Positions 1 through 10,272 of a stretch of 64,000 nt of DNA are shown piece by piece. Each line of letters starts with the position of its first letter. Position 1 is the stretch's first letter. A model generated the notes under the pieces. It saw nothing but the letters and a program-made list of their open reading frames with translations, was not told the DNA's origin and did not search any database. Made by a program: the position numbers and the translations under genes. Source of the DNA: Bacteroidales bacterium (lineage in GTDB: Bacteria; Bacteroidota; Bacteroidia; Bacteroidales; Muribaculaceae); NCBI GenBank assembly GCA_014800815.1, contig JAAVFI010000008.1:225-64224 (forward strand). Direction: 5' to 3'.

Positions 1-183
1 GAGCGAATTCTGCGGTTATATCGAGGAAGCGGCGTGACATGATGCCGCGAAGATAGTATGCAGGCTGCGGGAGGTGTGCGGGTAGATGTCGGCGATGGGG
101 AAATGGGCGTGGGAGGAGGGGGAGAGTGTGGGAGGAGTGGGGCGTAGACTCAGGAGTATTTCCTACCCACGCTTCTCTCGCTT

Positions 184-227
184 CGTACTCTACGTTTGCG
201 GCATGTTCGCCGCAAACGTAGAGTACG
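184..227. repeat. Perfect 19-bp inverted repeat (hairpin) just downstream of pspC
   Basis: cgtactctacgtttgcggc-atgttc-gccgcaaacgtagagtacg; no U-tract on either side. Confidence 0.85.
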
Positions 228-232
228 GAATC

Positions 233-1246
233 TTAGCGCCCAACGAAGAAGGCGACCGTCATCGTTATCAGGATTACCATCAGAACCACAAGCACGATAT
301 ACCATGCTGCCGATATTCGCTTGAGATTAAAGAGCACCGATGCGCAGCCCCACGAGATGAGAGCAAAGAGTACGGTGCCTGTCAGCAGAGCCGATAGAGC
401 GCTCCAAAGCATACGCAGATTCACAATGTTATCTGTCATCAGCTCAAAGCCGAGCAGTATATTGTTGCTGTCTGCGAAATAGTAGGAGATCACGCCCGTA
501 AGCACTGCAAGAAAACCAATTAGGCAGGCAAAAGTTATGGTACTCGTCACTATGCCTATGAGACCCAGCAGGCACTTTCCCGCTATCGAAAAGAGGGTAT
601 TGAAGAAATTTCCGTCTTCAACTGCCGGAGGTGTCGTGGGCGACGATGCTATGATAGTCTGTCCTACTGTGTCCAGATTCACCGGCTCTCCTTTCATCTG
701 TAGCACCTGGCGCGGTGTTACGGCTGGCGGTATTATCATCCACGCTATCAGGTAGATTACAAAGAGCGGCCACAGCTTCGTGCACAGCGCGAGCACTATG
801 ATGAGCAGGCGCATGATGTTGGCATTCCAGTTGAGATAAACGGCAAGACCGCCTATTACTCCGCCAAACACCTTGTTCTTCATATTTCTGTAGAGTTTCT
901 TGCCGCTCGGCACGTTGATAGATACGAAGGGCTTGGTTGCAGTAGCCTGCGGCGCTGCCTCAGAGCAGGTATCCTCCTCCTGAGAGCTTTCCGAGAGGTC
1001 TTCGGGGCGACCCATAGTCTCAATCACATTTTCTACATCGCTGAGTACTATCACCGTTTTACCCGTCGAAGTCTTCTCGTTGAAGAGTTCGCGTATGCGG
1101 CTTTCGATATCGGCGACTATCTCACCGCCTTCCGAGCCGGTGAATGTTGTCTTTAGTTGCTGTAGGTAATTTTGCAGAAGAATGAATGCATCTTCGTCGA
1201 TGTAGAAGATTTCACCGTCTACGTTGGTGGGATAAGAGCGTTTCAT
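233..1246 (-). CDS. pspC: PspC domain-containing membrane protein
   Basis: 337 aa; KKLYRNMKNKVFGGVIGGLAVYL PspC motif, Bacteroidetes-type N-terminus (IFYIDEDAF..L..YL), C-terminal TM helices; ATGA overlap with padR. Confidence 0.88.
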   Translation of the reverse strand: MKRSYPTNVDGEIFYIDEDAFILLQNYLQQLKTTFTGSEGGEIVADIESRIRELFNEKTSTGKTVIVLSDVENVIETMGRPEDLSESSQEEDTCSEAAPQATATKPFVSINVPSGKKLYRNMKNKVFGGVIGGLAVYLNWNANIMRLLIIVLALCTKLWPLFVIYLIAWMIIPPAVTPRQVLQMKGEPVNLDTVGQTIIASSPTTPPAVEDGNFFNTLFSIAGKCLLGLIGIVTSTITFACLIGFLAVLTGVISYYFADSNNILLGFELMTDNIVNLRMLWSALSALLTGTVLFALISWGCASVLFNLKRISAAWYIVLVVLMVILITMTVAFFVGR

Positions 1247-1587
1247 TTGATTGTAGATTTATTGAGCAAGTGATTGACTGTGAGATTAATTTCGTCCCAC
1301 GACGCACGAAGCTGATCGAGGAATTGTTGTCCTAAGGGAGTGATGGAGTAGTACTTTCGCGGCGGCCCCGAGGGAGATTCCTCCCAGCGGTAGGAAAGAA
1401 GTCCGTCGTTCTTCAGGCGGGTGAGGAGGGGATATAGCGTCCCCTCCATCACTATAAGTTGTGCCTCTTTCATCTCGGTGATGATTTCAGAGGCGTAAGC
1501 GTCGCTGTCGTTTAGCAACAGCAATACGCAGAACTCCAGCATCCCCTTGCGCATCTGCGACTTTAGATTGTCAATGTTTGTAGGCAT
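1243..1587 (-). CDS. PadR family transcriptional regulator
   Basis: QMRKGMLEFCVL...EGTLYPLLTRL..DGLL.Y.WEES.SGPPRKYY winged-helix signature. Confidence 0.95.
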   Translation of the reverse strand: MPTNIDNLKSQMRKGMLEFCVLLLLNDSDAYASEIITEMKEAQLIVMEGTLYPLLTRLKNDGLLSYRWEESPSGPPRKYYSITPLGQQFLDQLRASWDEINLTVNHLLNKSTIK

Positions 1588-1639
1588 TTTGGATTAGAAT
1601 ATAGATTGTAGTTATATCAGGGGGCTTTGTTTTACGATG

Positions 1640-1680
1640 CAAAGTTAGATATCTTTATAGTACTATGCAATACAAAGTAC
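1640..1680 (-). promoter_or_regulatory. padR promoter (TAACTTTG, -7) with overlapping palindromic operator GTACT-N11-AGTAC
   Basis: caaagtta at 1640-1647 = TAACTTTG on minus; gtactatgcaatacaaagtac at 1660-1680 overlaps the -33 region. Confidence 0.6.
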
Positions 1681-1738
1681 CATAAAAATACAAAGCTTTG
1701 ACAAATTTTAACAATTGAAAAATTCCTCAAACTCCCTC

Positions 1739-2788
1739 TTAAAACTTCCCGTCTACCATATCTCGGTATATATCAGCGTATTGCTTCACCATGCGCTTCA
1801 CCGAGAAATTAGCCTCCACATACTCCCGAGCCTCAGCCGCACGGCGAAGGCAGGCAGGGTAGTGGTCGATAACATGAGCAATAGCCTTGGCGCACGTAGT
1901 CGGATCGTCGTTGACGAAAGTCTCGGCAAGTCGGCCACTGTCAGCCACTTCCCACGGGCCGCCCCCTTCGGGAACTACAAGGGGAAGCCCTGCAGCCATA
2001 CCCTCGGCTACAGTCAGTCCGAATCCCTCGAAGCGCGACGGATGACACATCAGATCAAACTCAGCAAGTCGGCGGTATATCTCTTTGCGTGGTAAATTGC
2101 CCGTAAAGTTCACGCGGTCCGACACGCCCTCTCTGCCCGCAAGCTCTTTGAGCATTTCCAGGTCGGTACCTTCACCAATAAATGTACATTCCACATCGTA
2201 TCCGCTGCTAACGAGCTGTGCAATTGCTTGGATTAGAATATCCTGACCTTTTATTTCTGCAATCAGGCGCGATACCTGCACTATCCGCACTCTCTCCGCC
2301 GGCTTCCTGTCTCCCCGAACTTTTATAGCTGAAGTATCTATACCATTGCTCACTACTCGTATCTTTGCATTGGGTACACGAGCTTTCACATTTGCGGCTA
2401 CAGCCTCCGAAATCGCAGCCATATTACTGTCGGCTGCGTATATCATAGGTATATCGAGGGCATGTACCGTAAAAAGAGTTCTCCCCTTCATCACCTTCAG
2501 AAGTCCCGTGAGCTTGTGCATGTGCAGATGCACCACATCAGGGCGGCGGCGCAGCACAAAAAGATTCAGTCGGGCCATAAGCAGGAGCGGGGCAGCGCCG
2601 GGAGTGCGGTTAAATCGACTTACCTTTACCGACGGAGAAATAGTCTTCATCACCACATCGTTCTCGCCGCGGTTCACTATAAGGATCTCAACTTCATTGC
2701 CATTAAGGATTTGCTCGTTCACAATATCGGCAAGCATGGTTTCAGCACCGCCTGTAAGCATCTGGAAGATGATATGGAGAATCTTCAT
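1739..2788 (-). CDS. Glycosyltransferase family 4 (GT-B)
   Basis: MKILHII start (ATG 2788, downstream of TACATTTG promoter at 2806-2813); KGQDILI, PSRFEGFGLTVAEGMAAGLP motif. Confidence 0.92.
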   Translation of the reverse strand: MKILHIIFQMLTGGAETMLADIVNEQILNGNEVEILIVNRGENDVVMKTISPSVKVSRFNRTPGAAPLLLMARLNLFVLRRRPDVVHLHMHKLTGLLKVMKGRTLFTVHALDIPMIYAADSNMAAISEAVAANVKARVPNAKIRVVSNGIDTSAIKVRGDRKPAERVRIVQVSRLIAEIKGQDILIQAIAQLVSSGYDVECTFIGEGTDLEMLKELAGREGVSDRVNFTGNLPRKEIYRRLAEFDLMCHPSRFEGFGLTVAEGMAAGLPLVVPEGGGPWEVADSGRLAETFVNDDPTTCAKAIAHVIDHYPACLRRAAEAREYVEANFSVKRMVKQYADIYRDMVDGKF

Positions 2789-2877
2789 GGTCGATAATTT
2801 TTTTTGCAAATGTAGCAATTTTGCACGAACTTTGCATTGTCTTACATGTTGTATCTCTATAATTAGAACCCTTTATA

Positions 2878-4203
2878 ATGAAAAAAGCTGATTCTTCGCC
2901 AAAAGCCAAGGCTTTGGCGTACCATAGATATCCTCGGCCGGGTAAAGTTGAAGTAATCCCCACAAAACCGTTTTCTACCCCCGATGATCTCACTCTCGCC
3001 TACTCTCCCGGAGTAGCTTTCCCCTGCCTCGAAATCGCTGCCGAGGCAGACAATGTATATAAATATACCGGCCGCGGCAATACTGTTGCGGTCATTTCAA
3101 ACGGTACTGCTGTCCTCGGACTCGGAAATATCGGGCCTCTGGCATCAAAACCCGTAATGGAAGGAAAAGCCCTCCTGTTCAAGATTTTCGCCGGCCTCGA
3201 TGCTTTCGATATCGAAGTCGACGAGACCGACCCTGCAAAGTTTATAAGCATCGTCAAGGCTCTTGCTCCAACTTTCGGCGGCGTAAACCTCGAAGACATC
3301 AAAGCTCCCGAGTGCTTCGAAATCGAGCAGGGACTCGTAGGGCAGTGCGGCATCCCCGTGATGCACGACGACCAGCACGGCACTGCAGTAATCGTAGCCG
3401 CTGCATTCATCAACGCACTCATCGTCCAGGATAAGAAGATTGAAGATGTCCGACTCACTGTCAACGGTGCAGGTGCCGCTGCAATTGCGTGCACAAAACT
3501 TCTCGTGAGCCTCGGCGTGCGGCGCGAAAACATCGTGATGTGCGACAGCAAGGGTGCCATTACCACCGACCGCAAGAATCTCAACCCTCAGAAAGCGTCC
3601 TTCGCCACATCCCGTCCGGGTATCGTCACTCTCGCCGATGCAGTCCGCGACTCCGACGCATTCCTCGGACTGTCAGTGGCCGACGTCCTCACTCCCGAGA
3701 TGCTCGCTTCTATGGCTCCCCGTCCTATCGTATTCGCTCTCGCTAACCCCAACCCCGAGATAGCGCGCGACAAGGCTCTCGCCACCCGCGCTGACCTCGT
3801 ATACGCAACAGGACGCTCCGACTATCCCAACCAGATAAACAACGTTCTCGGCTTCCCATACATCTTCCGCGGTGCCCTCGATACTCGCGCCACCATGATT
3901 AACGAGGAGATGAAGCTCGCCGCCGCCCACGCCATTGCGGCTCTCGCCCGCAAACCCGCGTCAAAGGCTGTCCGCGAACTCTACAAAGGTGAAAAACTTA
4001 CCTTCGGTCCCGACTACATCCTGCCCAAACCCTTCGACCGCCGACTCCTCACCACAGTCCCTGCCGAAGTGGCCCGTGCAGCTGCCGAATCGGGCGTCGC
4101 TCTCAAGCCGATAGAAAACCTCGAGGCCTATGGCCGACGACTCAAAAAGTACGTAGCCGACACTGACGAATCGCTCCGCGCCTTCGTCGAGGCTGAAAAT
4201 TGA
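2878..4203 (+). CDS. maeB: Malic enzyme (MaeB-type N-terminal domain only, no PTA domain)
   Basis: [78 protein letters not shown]. Confidence 0.93.
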   Translation: MKKADSSPKAKALAYHRYPRPGKVEVIPTKPFSTPDDLTLAYSPGVAFPCLEIAAEADNVYKYTGRGNTVAVISNGTAVLGLGNIGPLASKPVMEGKALLFKIFAGLDAFDIEVDETDPAKFISIVKALAPTFGGVNLEDIKAPECFEIEQGLVGQCGIPVMHDDQHGTAVIVAAAFINALIVQDKKIEDVRLTVNGAGAAAIACTKLLVSLGVRRENIVMCDSKGAITTDRKNLNPQKASFATSRPGIVTLADAVRDSDAFLGLSVADVLTPEMLASMAPRPIVFALANPNPEIARDKALATRADLVYATGRSDYPNQINNVLGFPYIFRGALDTRATMINEEMKLAAAHAIAALARKPASKAVRELYKGEKLTFGPDYILPKPFDRRLLTTVPAEVARAAAESGVALKPIENLEAYGRRLKKYVADTDESLRAFVEAEN

Positions 4204-4232
4204 CAACAGACATACCCCCCTATACTCAAATT

Positions 4233-4270
4233 GGATCGGTCCCGAGATGGAGGCCGGTCCTCTTTTTTTT
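4233..4270 (+). terminator. Intrinsic terminator after malic enzyme
   Basis: GC-rich stem with G-U pairs followed by T8. Confidence 0.65.
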
Positions 4271-4368
4271 CTCTCTCAATCTCAATACATAAAAATAGTT
4301 AAAAGGAGCCAAGCTCGTCTGCCATGATTTCGCAAGATTTGTTTTGAATCTATAAGACTATTTTATCT

Positions 4369-5763
4369 ATGAGAAAGAATTCATCATTAGCAGGGCTTGC
4401 AGCTCTTGTACTTACCTTTACTTTTTCCGGGGAGGCCTTCGGCCGGGACTATCTCGAGCGCAGCCTTCCGGATGATTGGAATCCTGAAATCGAGGCTTCG
4501 GAACTCACCTTCGGCGGAGAATGGTGGAGGTCGCTTAACGACCCTATGCTCGACTCGCTCGTGAGTATAGCCACGGAAACTAACTTCGACATCAATGCGG
4601 CAGCAAGACGTATTGAGGTTGCGCGCCAGACTGTGCGCCAGGCTGCTTCGGCCTGGTATCCGCAGCTCGGTCTCGATGCCGGCTGGCAGCGTGCTCAGTC
4701 GTCAGGTCTTAATGCCGGCCGCACCGGCAATACTTCGGTATTGTCCTACTTCTCGGCTTCGGCCACTATGAACTGGGAAGTCGATGTCTTCGGCAAAACT
4801 GCGGCGCAGGTGCGTAAGGCCAAAGCTTCGCAGGGAGCGACAGTAGCACAGTATAGTGCCGCTTTGCTCTCTATCGAGGCCGAAGTTGCATCTACCTACA
4901 TCTCGCTGCTCGTTAACCGCCTCCAACTCGAGGTAGCACAGAATCACACCAAGATGCAGGAACACGTGCTCGATATCGTCGAGACCCGTTTCCGCACAGG
5001 CCTGGTATCGAAACTCGATGTTGCGCAGGCTCGCACTCTTTACTATTCCACTATCGCTTCGATACCACTTCTTGAATCATCAATCGAGGCAAATTACAAT
5101 GCGCTCGGCGTTCTTCTCGGCACCGGCCGCGACGGTCTGCCTGCCGAAATCTATGCTCCCCGGGAGCTCCCCGAGCACTATGCCCTCATCCCCTTGGGTG
5201 CTCCTCTGAACATTTTGCGTAAGCGTCCCGATATCATTCAGGCCGAGAAAAATATCGACGTTGCCTCGGCTGCTCTCGGCATTGCCCGCAAAGACTATCT
5301 GCCGTCGCTCAACCTCAGCGCATCGGTAGGTACATCGGCTCACAATATCGGTGACCTATTCTCCAAGCAGTCGTTTGCCTATTCGGTGGCTCCGACTCTC
5401 TCGTGGACAATCTTCGACGGACTGAACCGCGAAAGCTCCAACGCCGCAGCCAAGCAAAATCTCGAAATTGCTGTTGACAACTACAATACTACAGTACTTA
5501 CCGCCATTGAAGAAGTGCACAACTCCATGAACCGCTACACCGCCACACTCAAGTATATCGACAGCATGGCAAAGGTAGTAGAGAACAGCGAGGAGAGTGT
5601 AAATCTCTCGCTCGACCAGTACAAGCAGGGGCTTACAGGATTCTACAATGTAGTGGAAGCTCAGCTCAACTATCTCACTTATCAGAATAGCCTCGTGGAA
5701 GCTAAGGGTAACTCCCTCAATGCTTTGGTAGACCTCTATAAAGCTCTTGGAGGCGGTGAATAA
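4369..5763 (+). CDS. RND efflux outer membrane factor (TolC/NodT-like)
   Basis: WW..LNDPMLDSLV..A...NFDI..AA.RI, RPDIIQAE, DLYKALGGG. Confidence 0.93.
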   Translation: MRKNSSLAGLAALVLTFTFSGEAFGRDYLERSLPDDWNPEIEASELTFGGEWWRSLNDPMLDSLVSIATETNFDINAAARRIEVARQTVRQAASAWYPQLGLDAGWQRAQSSGLNAGRTGNTSVLSYFSASATMNWEVDVFGKTAAQVRKAKASQGATVAQYSAALLSIEAEVASTYISLLVNRLQLEVAQNHTKMQEHVLDIVETRFRTGLVSKLDVAQARTLYYSTIASIPLLESSIEANYNALGVLLGTGRDGLPAEIYAPRELPEHYALIPLGAPLNILRKRPDIIQAEKNIDVASAALGIARKDYLPSLNLSASVGTSAHNIGDLFSKQSFAYSVAPTLSWTIFDGLNRESSNAAAKQNLEIAVDNYNTTVLTAIEEVHNSMNRYTATLKYIDSMAKVVENSEESVNLSLDQYKQGLTGFYNVVEAQLNYLTYQNSLVEAKGNSLNALVDLYKALGGGE

Positions 5764-5798
5764 ATCGGAATAAACAGAAAATAAAAATCCCACTAAAT

Positions 5799-6929
5799 AT
5801 GAAAAACGCCTATATCCCGGCCTTAGCTGCCATTACACTCGCACTCGCGCTTCCTTCATGCCATAAGTCGGACAAGGAGGAAGACACAGCTCTTCCTCGA
5901 ATCATGGTGAGTACTCCCGTTATTGAAGATTCTGTAGTAATCTACCGCCAATATCCCGGTGCTATTACCGCCAACCGTGAGGTGCCTCTGGTATGCCTCG
6001 TAAACGGTACTCTCCTTCAGAAAAATTATGAATCGGGCGGCCGCGTGAAGCAGGGCGATGTGCTCTTCCGCATCGACGACCACACTTATCGCGATGCCGT
6101 TGTACAAGCCGAAGCTGCTTTGGCTACAGCAAAGGCAAATCTTGAATATGCCAAGACACACTATGCCGCTATGGCCGAGGCTCTCAAGGGCGATGCCGTG
6201 AGTGAAATGGAAGTAGAGCAGGCCAAGAGTACGCTCGCCACGAGCGAAGCTGCCGTGAAGAATGCCGCTGCAACACTCAGCACTGCACGTACACGCCTTG
6301 GATACTGCACGATAACAGCACCTTTCGACGGTATGGTATCTACCAATCTCTTCAGCGACGGTGCATATATTTCGGGCGAAGGTTCTCCCGCGACACTCGC
6401 TACTATTTTCGACGACAATACAATGACTGTAACCTTTGCTATCGACGATGCCGCTGCCGACGAAATTCTCGAGGAAGTGAAAGAGGGCAAGCTCGACCTT
6501 ACCGCCATTCCTCTTATATTCGATGCCGACCTCACTCACAGCTATACCGGCAATTTCTCGTATGTAGCTCCAAAGGTGAATACTTCGACAGGTACTCTCG
6601 AGTTTCAGGCAGCTATTCAGAATCCCTACAAGGAGCTCCGCTCGGGTATGTATGTGGCCGTGAAGCTCCCCGTGTCCAACGATGCGCAGGCTCTCCTCGT
6701 GCGCGATGCCTCGATCGGTGCCGACCAGCTCGGCAAGTATGTATATGTAGTGAACGACTCCAATAAAGTGGTGTACACTCCCATTACTACCGGCGACCTC
6801 GTGTCAGACTCCATGCGCATTGTCACCAAGGGCCTTCAGCCTTCCGACAAGTATGTGACCGAAGCTCTGCTTAAAGTTCGCTCAGGCATGGAGGTGACTC
6901 CGATTTCATCAGACAGTACTAAACACTAA
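5799..6929 (+). CDS. RND efflux periplasmic adaptor (MFP), lipoprotein
   Basis: Lipobox LPSC; VKQGDVLFRID, ITAPFDG.V, ELRSGMY. Confidence 0.93.
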   Translation: MKNAYIPALAAITLALALPSCHKSDKEEDTALPRIMVSTPVIEDSVVIYRQYPGAITANREVPLVCLVNGTLLQKNYESGGRVKQGDVLFRIDDHTYRDAVVQAEAALATAKANLEYAKTHYAAMAEALKGDAVSEMEVEQAKSTLATSEAAVKNAAATLSTARTRLGYCTITAPFDGMVSTNLFSDGAYISGEGSPATLATIFDDNTMTVTFAIDDAAADEILEEVKEGKLDLTAIPLIFDADLTHSYTGNFSYVAPKVNTSTGTLEFQAAIQNPYKELRSGMYVAVKLPVSNDAQALLVRDASIGADQLGKYVYVVNDSNKVVYTPITTGDLVSDSMRIVTKGLQPSDKYVTEALLKVRSGMEVTPISSDSTKH

Positions 6930-6943
6930 CAACTCCGGGTATT

Positions 6944-9900
6944 ATGTTCAGCAAATTCTTTATCAACAGGCCGATTTTCGCAACGGTACTTGCGATTATC
7001 ATGATTCTGGCCGGCTTGCTCACCGTGCGGACTCTCCCGGTTGCCCAGTACCCCGATATCACACCTCCTACGGTGTTTGTTTCAGCTACATATCCCGGAG
7101 CTGACGCCAAGACGGTCGCAGAGACCGTCGGCGTTCCTATCGAGGAACAGGTCAACGGTGTGGAGGGCATGATGTATATGAGCTCTACTTCGGGCTCCGA
7201 CGGATCTTATTCTCTCGAAATAACTTTCGAGAACGGTACAGACCCCGACATGGCTGCAGTTAAGGTGCAGAACCGCGTGGCTCAGGCAGAGTCCGTGCTC
7301 CCCGGAGCTGTCAAGCAGCAGGGAGTCTCGGTCAATTCCCGTTCTTCGAACATGATTCTTATGGTGGCTCTCGAGGGCAAGGATAAGGGACGATACAACA
7401 GTCTGTACCTTACCAACTATGCACAGCTCAGCGTTGTAGACGCACTTTCGCGCATCGACGGTGTAGGCGGTGTCGACGTTTTCGGCGCCGGTGAGTACAG
7501 CATGCGTGTCTGGCTCGACGCCGAGAAGATGCGTGCGCGCAATATCACCGCTTCCGACGTAATGGCTGCAATCTCGAGCCAGAACATGCAGGTGTCGGCA
7601 GGCTCCGTGGGTGCTCCTCCTACAGGCAACGGACAGCAGTTTGAGTACACTCTTACCGCTCAGGGCCGTCTGACAGACGCCGATGAATTCGCCAATATAG
7701 TAGTGCGTACCGACGACAAGGGAGGCATGCTGCGCCTCAAAGATATCGCTACCGTTGAGCTCGGAAGCCAGACATACTCTGCAAGCTCGAATGTATCGGC
7801 TCACGATGCCGGACTTATGGGTATCTATCAGCTCCCCGGTGCTAACGCCATGAAGGTAGCGAAGGCTGTGGAGAAGAAACTCGACGACCTCAAGCAGTAT
7901 TTCCCCGAGGGGGTAGACTACCGTATCGTGCTAAATACCACCGACTTTGTGAGCGCCTCTATCGACGATGTGCTTGTCACATTCCTTGAGACAACTCTCA
8001 TTGTGATGATCGTCATTCTCCTCTTCCTCCAGAACTGGCGCGCGGTGATCATTCCTATGCTTACCATACCTGTATCGCTTATCGCCACATTCGCCGTGAT
8101 GAAGATTATGGGATTTACCCTCAATACATTGACACTCTTCGGCCTTGTGCTTGCCATAGCCATTGTGGTGGACGATGCCATAGTGGTGGTGGAGGACTGT
8201 TCGCGAATACTTAACGCGGGCGGTGTATCTCCAAAACAGGCGGCCACCAAAGCTATGGAAGAACTTCAAGGGCCTGTCATCGGCGAGGTACTCGTACTTC
8301 TGTCGGTATTTATCCCCACGGCATTTATTTCGGGTATTACCGGCCAGCTCTACAAACAGTTCGCTCTCACTATCGCCGTATCAACGGCATTCTCGGGCTT
8401 CAACGCCCTAACCTTTACTCCGGCAATGTGCTCGCTGTTCTTGCGTCCGTCAGGTGGTCAGCCGAGGTTCTTCCTCTACCGTTGGTTCAACAAGGGCTTC
8501 GAATGGGTGCGCAATGTGTATAACAGCACCGTCGGACGCCTCCTCCGCAAGCCTGTGCTTGCCATGATAATCTTCGTGGTGATTTGCGGCGCAGCATTCT
8601 TCGGCTTCCTCCGCTGGCCGACCAGCTACGTGCCCGAAGAAGATATGGGTTACTTCATGACTTCCGTACAGCTTCCCTCGGGAGCATCTCTTGAACGCAC
8701 CGACAGCGTGTCGAGCCGTATTCAGCGCGATATCCTCTCCCTCCCTCAGGTTAAGGATGTGGTCCTCATCAACGGTATGTCGATGATGGGTGGCGGTGCC
8801 GGCAGCAACTACGCCTCAATGTTTGTAATCCTCAAACCCTGGAAAGACCGCAAGGGCAAGAAGAACGATGTGGAGTCGGTTATCGCTCAGGTAGATAAGA
8901 TGACTGCCGACGTTCAGGAGGGCATAGTATTCTCTATCAATCCTCCCGCAATCCCCGGTCTGGGTATGACTTCGGGCCTGCAGATGCAGCTCCTCGACAT
9001 CAACAACCTCGGCCCGACACAGCTCGCGCAGATCGTCGGCGAGATGCAGGCGGAAGCTGCCAAATATCCCGAGCTGAGACAGCTTACATCGCTCTATCAG
9101 GGAGGGGTGCCTCAGTACTCGATTAAGATCGACCGCGACAAGGCCAAAATCTACGGCCTCACACTCGAAGATATCTACACCGAACTATCGTCGTACATGG
9201 GCACCAGCTATGTGAACGATTTCGTGAAGTTCGGCCGCACTTACGAAGTGCTCGTCAGCGGTGATGAAGCCTCCCGTGCGCATGTGCACGACGTCCTCGA
9301 CCTCAGCGTGCGCAACGCCGAAGGAAACATGGTGCCTTTCTCAAGTTTTGCCTCGGTCAACGAAGTAATGGGTCAGGCTACAGTGAGCCGATATAATATG
9401 TACACTACCGCATCGCTGACAGGTACGGTGGCACCGCACGTAAGTTCGTCGAAGGCTATCAAGGCTATGGAAGAAATCGTCAGCAAGGTAGCGGGCAATT
9501 CTGTAAGCTATGCGTGGACAGGCGAGGCTCTGCAGGAAACTCAGGCCGGTACTACTATCGGTATGACGCTTATCTTCGCTATCATCATTACGATTCTCGT
9601 GCTCGCAGCTCAGTATGAATCGTGGACCGACCCCCTCGCCGTAGTAGTGACTACGCCTACCGCAATCCTCGGTACAGTACTCGGATGTATGTTCCTCAGC
9701 CAGAGCATCAGTATCTACACTCAGATAGGTATTATCCTGCTGCTCGGTATGGCGGCGAAGAACGCTATCCTTATCGTAGAATACGCTATGGACTACCGCA
9801 AGGCAGGAGAGCCTGTACGCAAGGCGGCCGAAGATGCGGGCAATGTACGACTCCGACCGATTCTTATGACGGCCCTCGCATTCGTCTTCGGTGTAATGCC

Positions 9901-10120
9901 TATGATTTTCGCCACAGGAGCAGGCGCCGCAAGCCGTGTATCACTCGGTACGGCTGTAGTATTCGGTATGGCAGTCAACGCGATTGCAGGCACACTCTTC
10001 GTACCGAGCTTCTGGGAACTTCTGCAGAATTTCCGCGAGAAGCATCTCTCTAACCTCTTCTCGAAGTCGACAGTCGTGGCTCCGAAGAAAGACGGTCAGG
10101 ACACTGCCGATTCGATATAA
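6944..10120 (+). CDS. RND efflux permease (HAE1/AcrB family)
   Basis: 1058 aa; FFINRPIFATV, AQYPDITPP, IVVDDAIVVVE, KNAILIVE, RLRPILMT proton-relay motifs intact. Confidence 0.96.
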   Translation: MFSKFFINRPIFATVLAIIMILAGLLTVRTLPVAQYPDITPPTVFVSATYPGADAKTVAETVGVPIEEQVNGVEGMMYMSSTSGSDGSYSLEITFENGTDPDMAAVKVQNRVAQAESVLPGAVKQQGVSVNSRSSNMILMVALEGKDKGRYNSLYLTNYAQLSVVDALSRIDGVGGVDVFGAGEYSMRVWLDAEKMRARNITASDVMAAISSQNMQVSAGSVGAPPTGNGQQFEYTLTAQGRLTDADEFANIVVRTDDKGGMLRLKDIATVELGSQTYSASSNVSAHDAGLMGIYQLPGANAMKVAKAVEKKLDDLKQYFPEGVDYRIVLNTTDFVSASIDDVLVTFLETTLIVMIVILLFLQNWRAVIIPMLTIPVSLIATFAVMKIMGFTLNTLTLFGLVLAIAIVVDDAIVVVEDCSRILNAGGVSPKQAATKAMEELQGPVIGEVLVLLSVFIPTAFISGITGQLYKQFALTIAVSTAFSGFNALTFTPAMCSLFLRPSGGQPRFFLYRWFNKGFEWVRNVYNSTVGRLLRKPVLAMIIFVVICGAAFFGFLRWPTSYVPEEDMGYFMTSVQLPSGASLERTDSVSSRIQRDILSLPQVKDVVLINGMSMMGGGAGSNYASMFVILKPWKDRKGKKNDVESVIAQVDKMTADVQEGIVFSINPPAIPGLGMTSGLQMQLLDINNLGPTQLAQIVGEMQAEAAKYPELRQLTSLYQGGVPQYSIKIDRDKAKIYGLTLEDIYTELSSYMGTSYVNDFVKFGRTYEVLVSGDEASRAHVHDVLDLSVRNAEGNMVPFSSFASVNEVMGQATVSRYNMYTTASLTGTVAPHVSSSKAIKAMEEIVSKVAGNSVSYAWTGEALQETQAGTTIGMTLIFAIIITILVLAAQYESWTDPLAVVVTTPTAILGTVLGCMFLSQSISIYTQIGIILLLGMAAKNAILIVEYAMDYRKAGEPVRKAAEDAGNVRLRPILMTALAFVFGVMPMIFATGAGAASRVSLGTAVVFGMAVNAIAGTLFVPSFWELLQNFREKHLSNLFSKSTVVAPKKDGQDTADSI

Positions 10121-10144
10121 CCTAACCTATATTCACTTAGTAAG

Positions 10145-10182
10145 ATTCCCGGTCAGACGCGATGTCAGATCGGGAATTTTTA
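10145..10182 (+). terminator. Intrinsic terminator of RND operon
   Basis: attcccg-gtcagac-gcgat-gtcagat-cgggaat followed by tttta. Confidence 0.7.
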
Positions 10183-10262
10183 GTATGACGGGCATGTCAT
10201 ACATCTGTGGTGAAAGTCCACACTGGGCGTAGTTACGACGAACCTTAAAGCGACTTGCAAGT
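10183..10262 (+). mobile_element. Probable 5' fragment of a class C (IIC) group II intron
   Basis: Begins GTATG 5 nt after the terminator stem; GAC-GGGCAT-GTC hairpin, then GTGGTGAAAGTCCAC, ending near GCAAG; resembles recalled IIC 5' ends; no RT ORF. Confidence 0.5.
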
Positions 10263-10272
10263 TTAGATGGAG

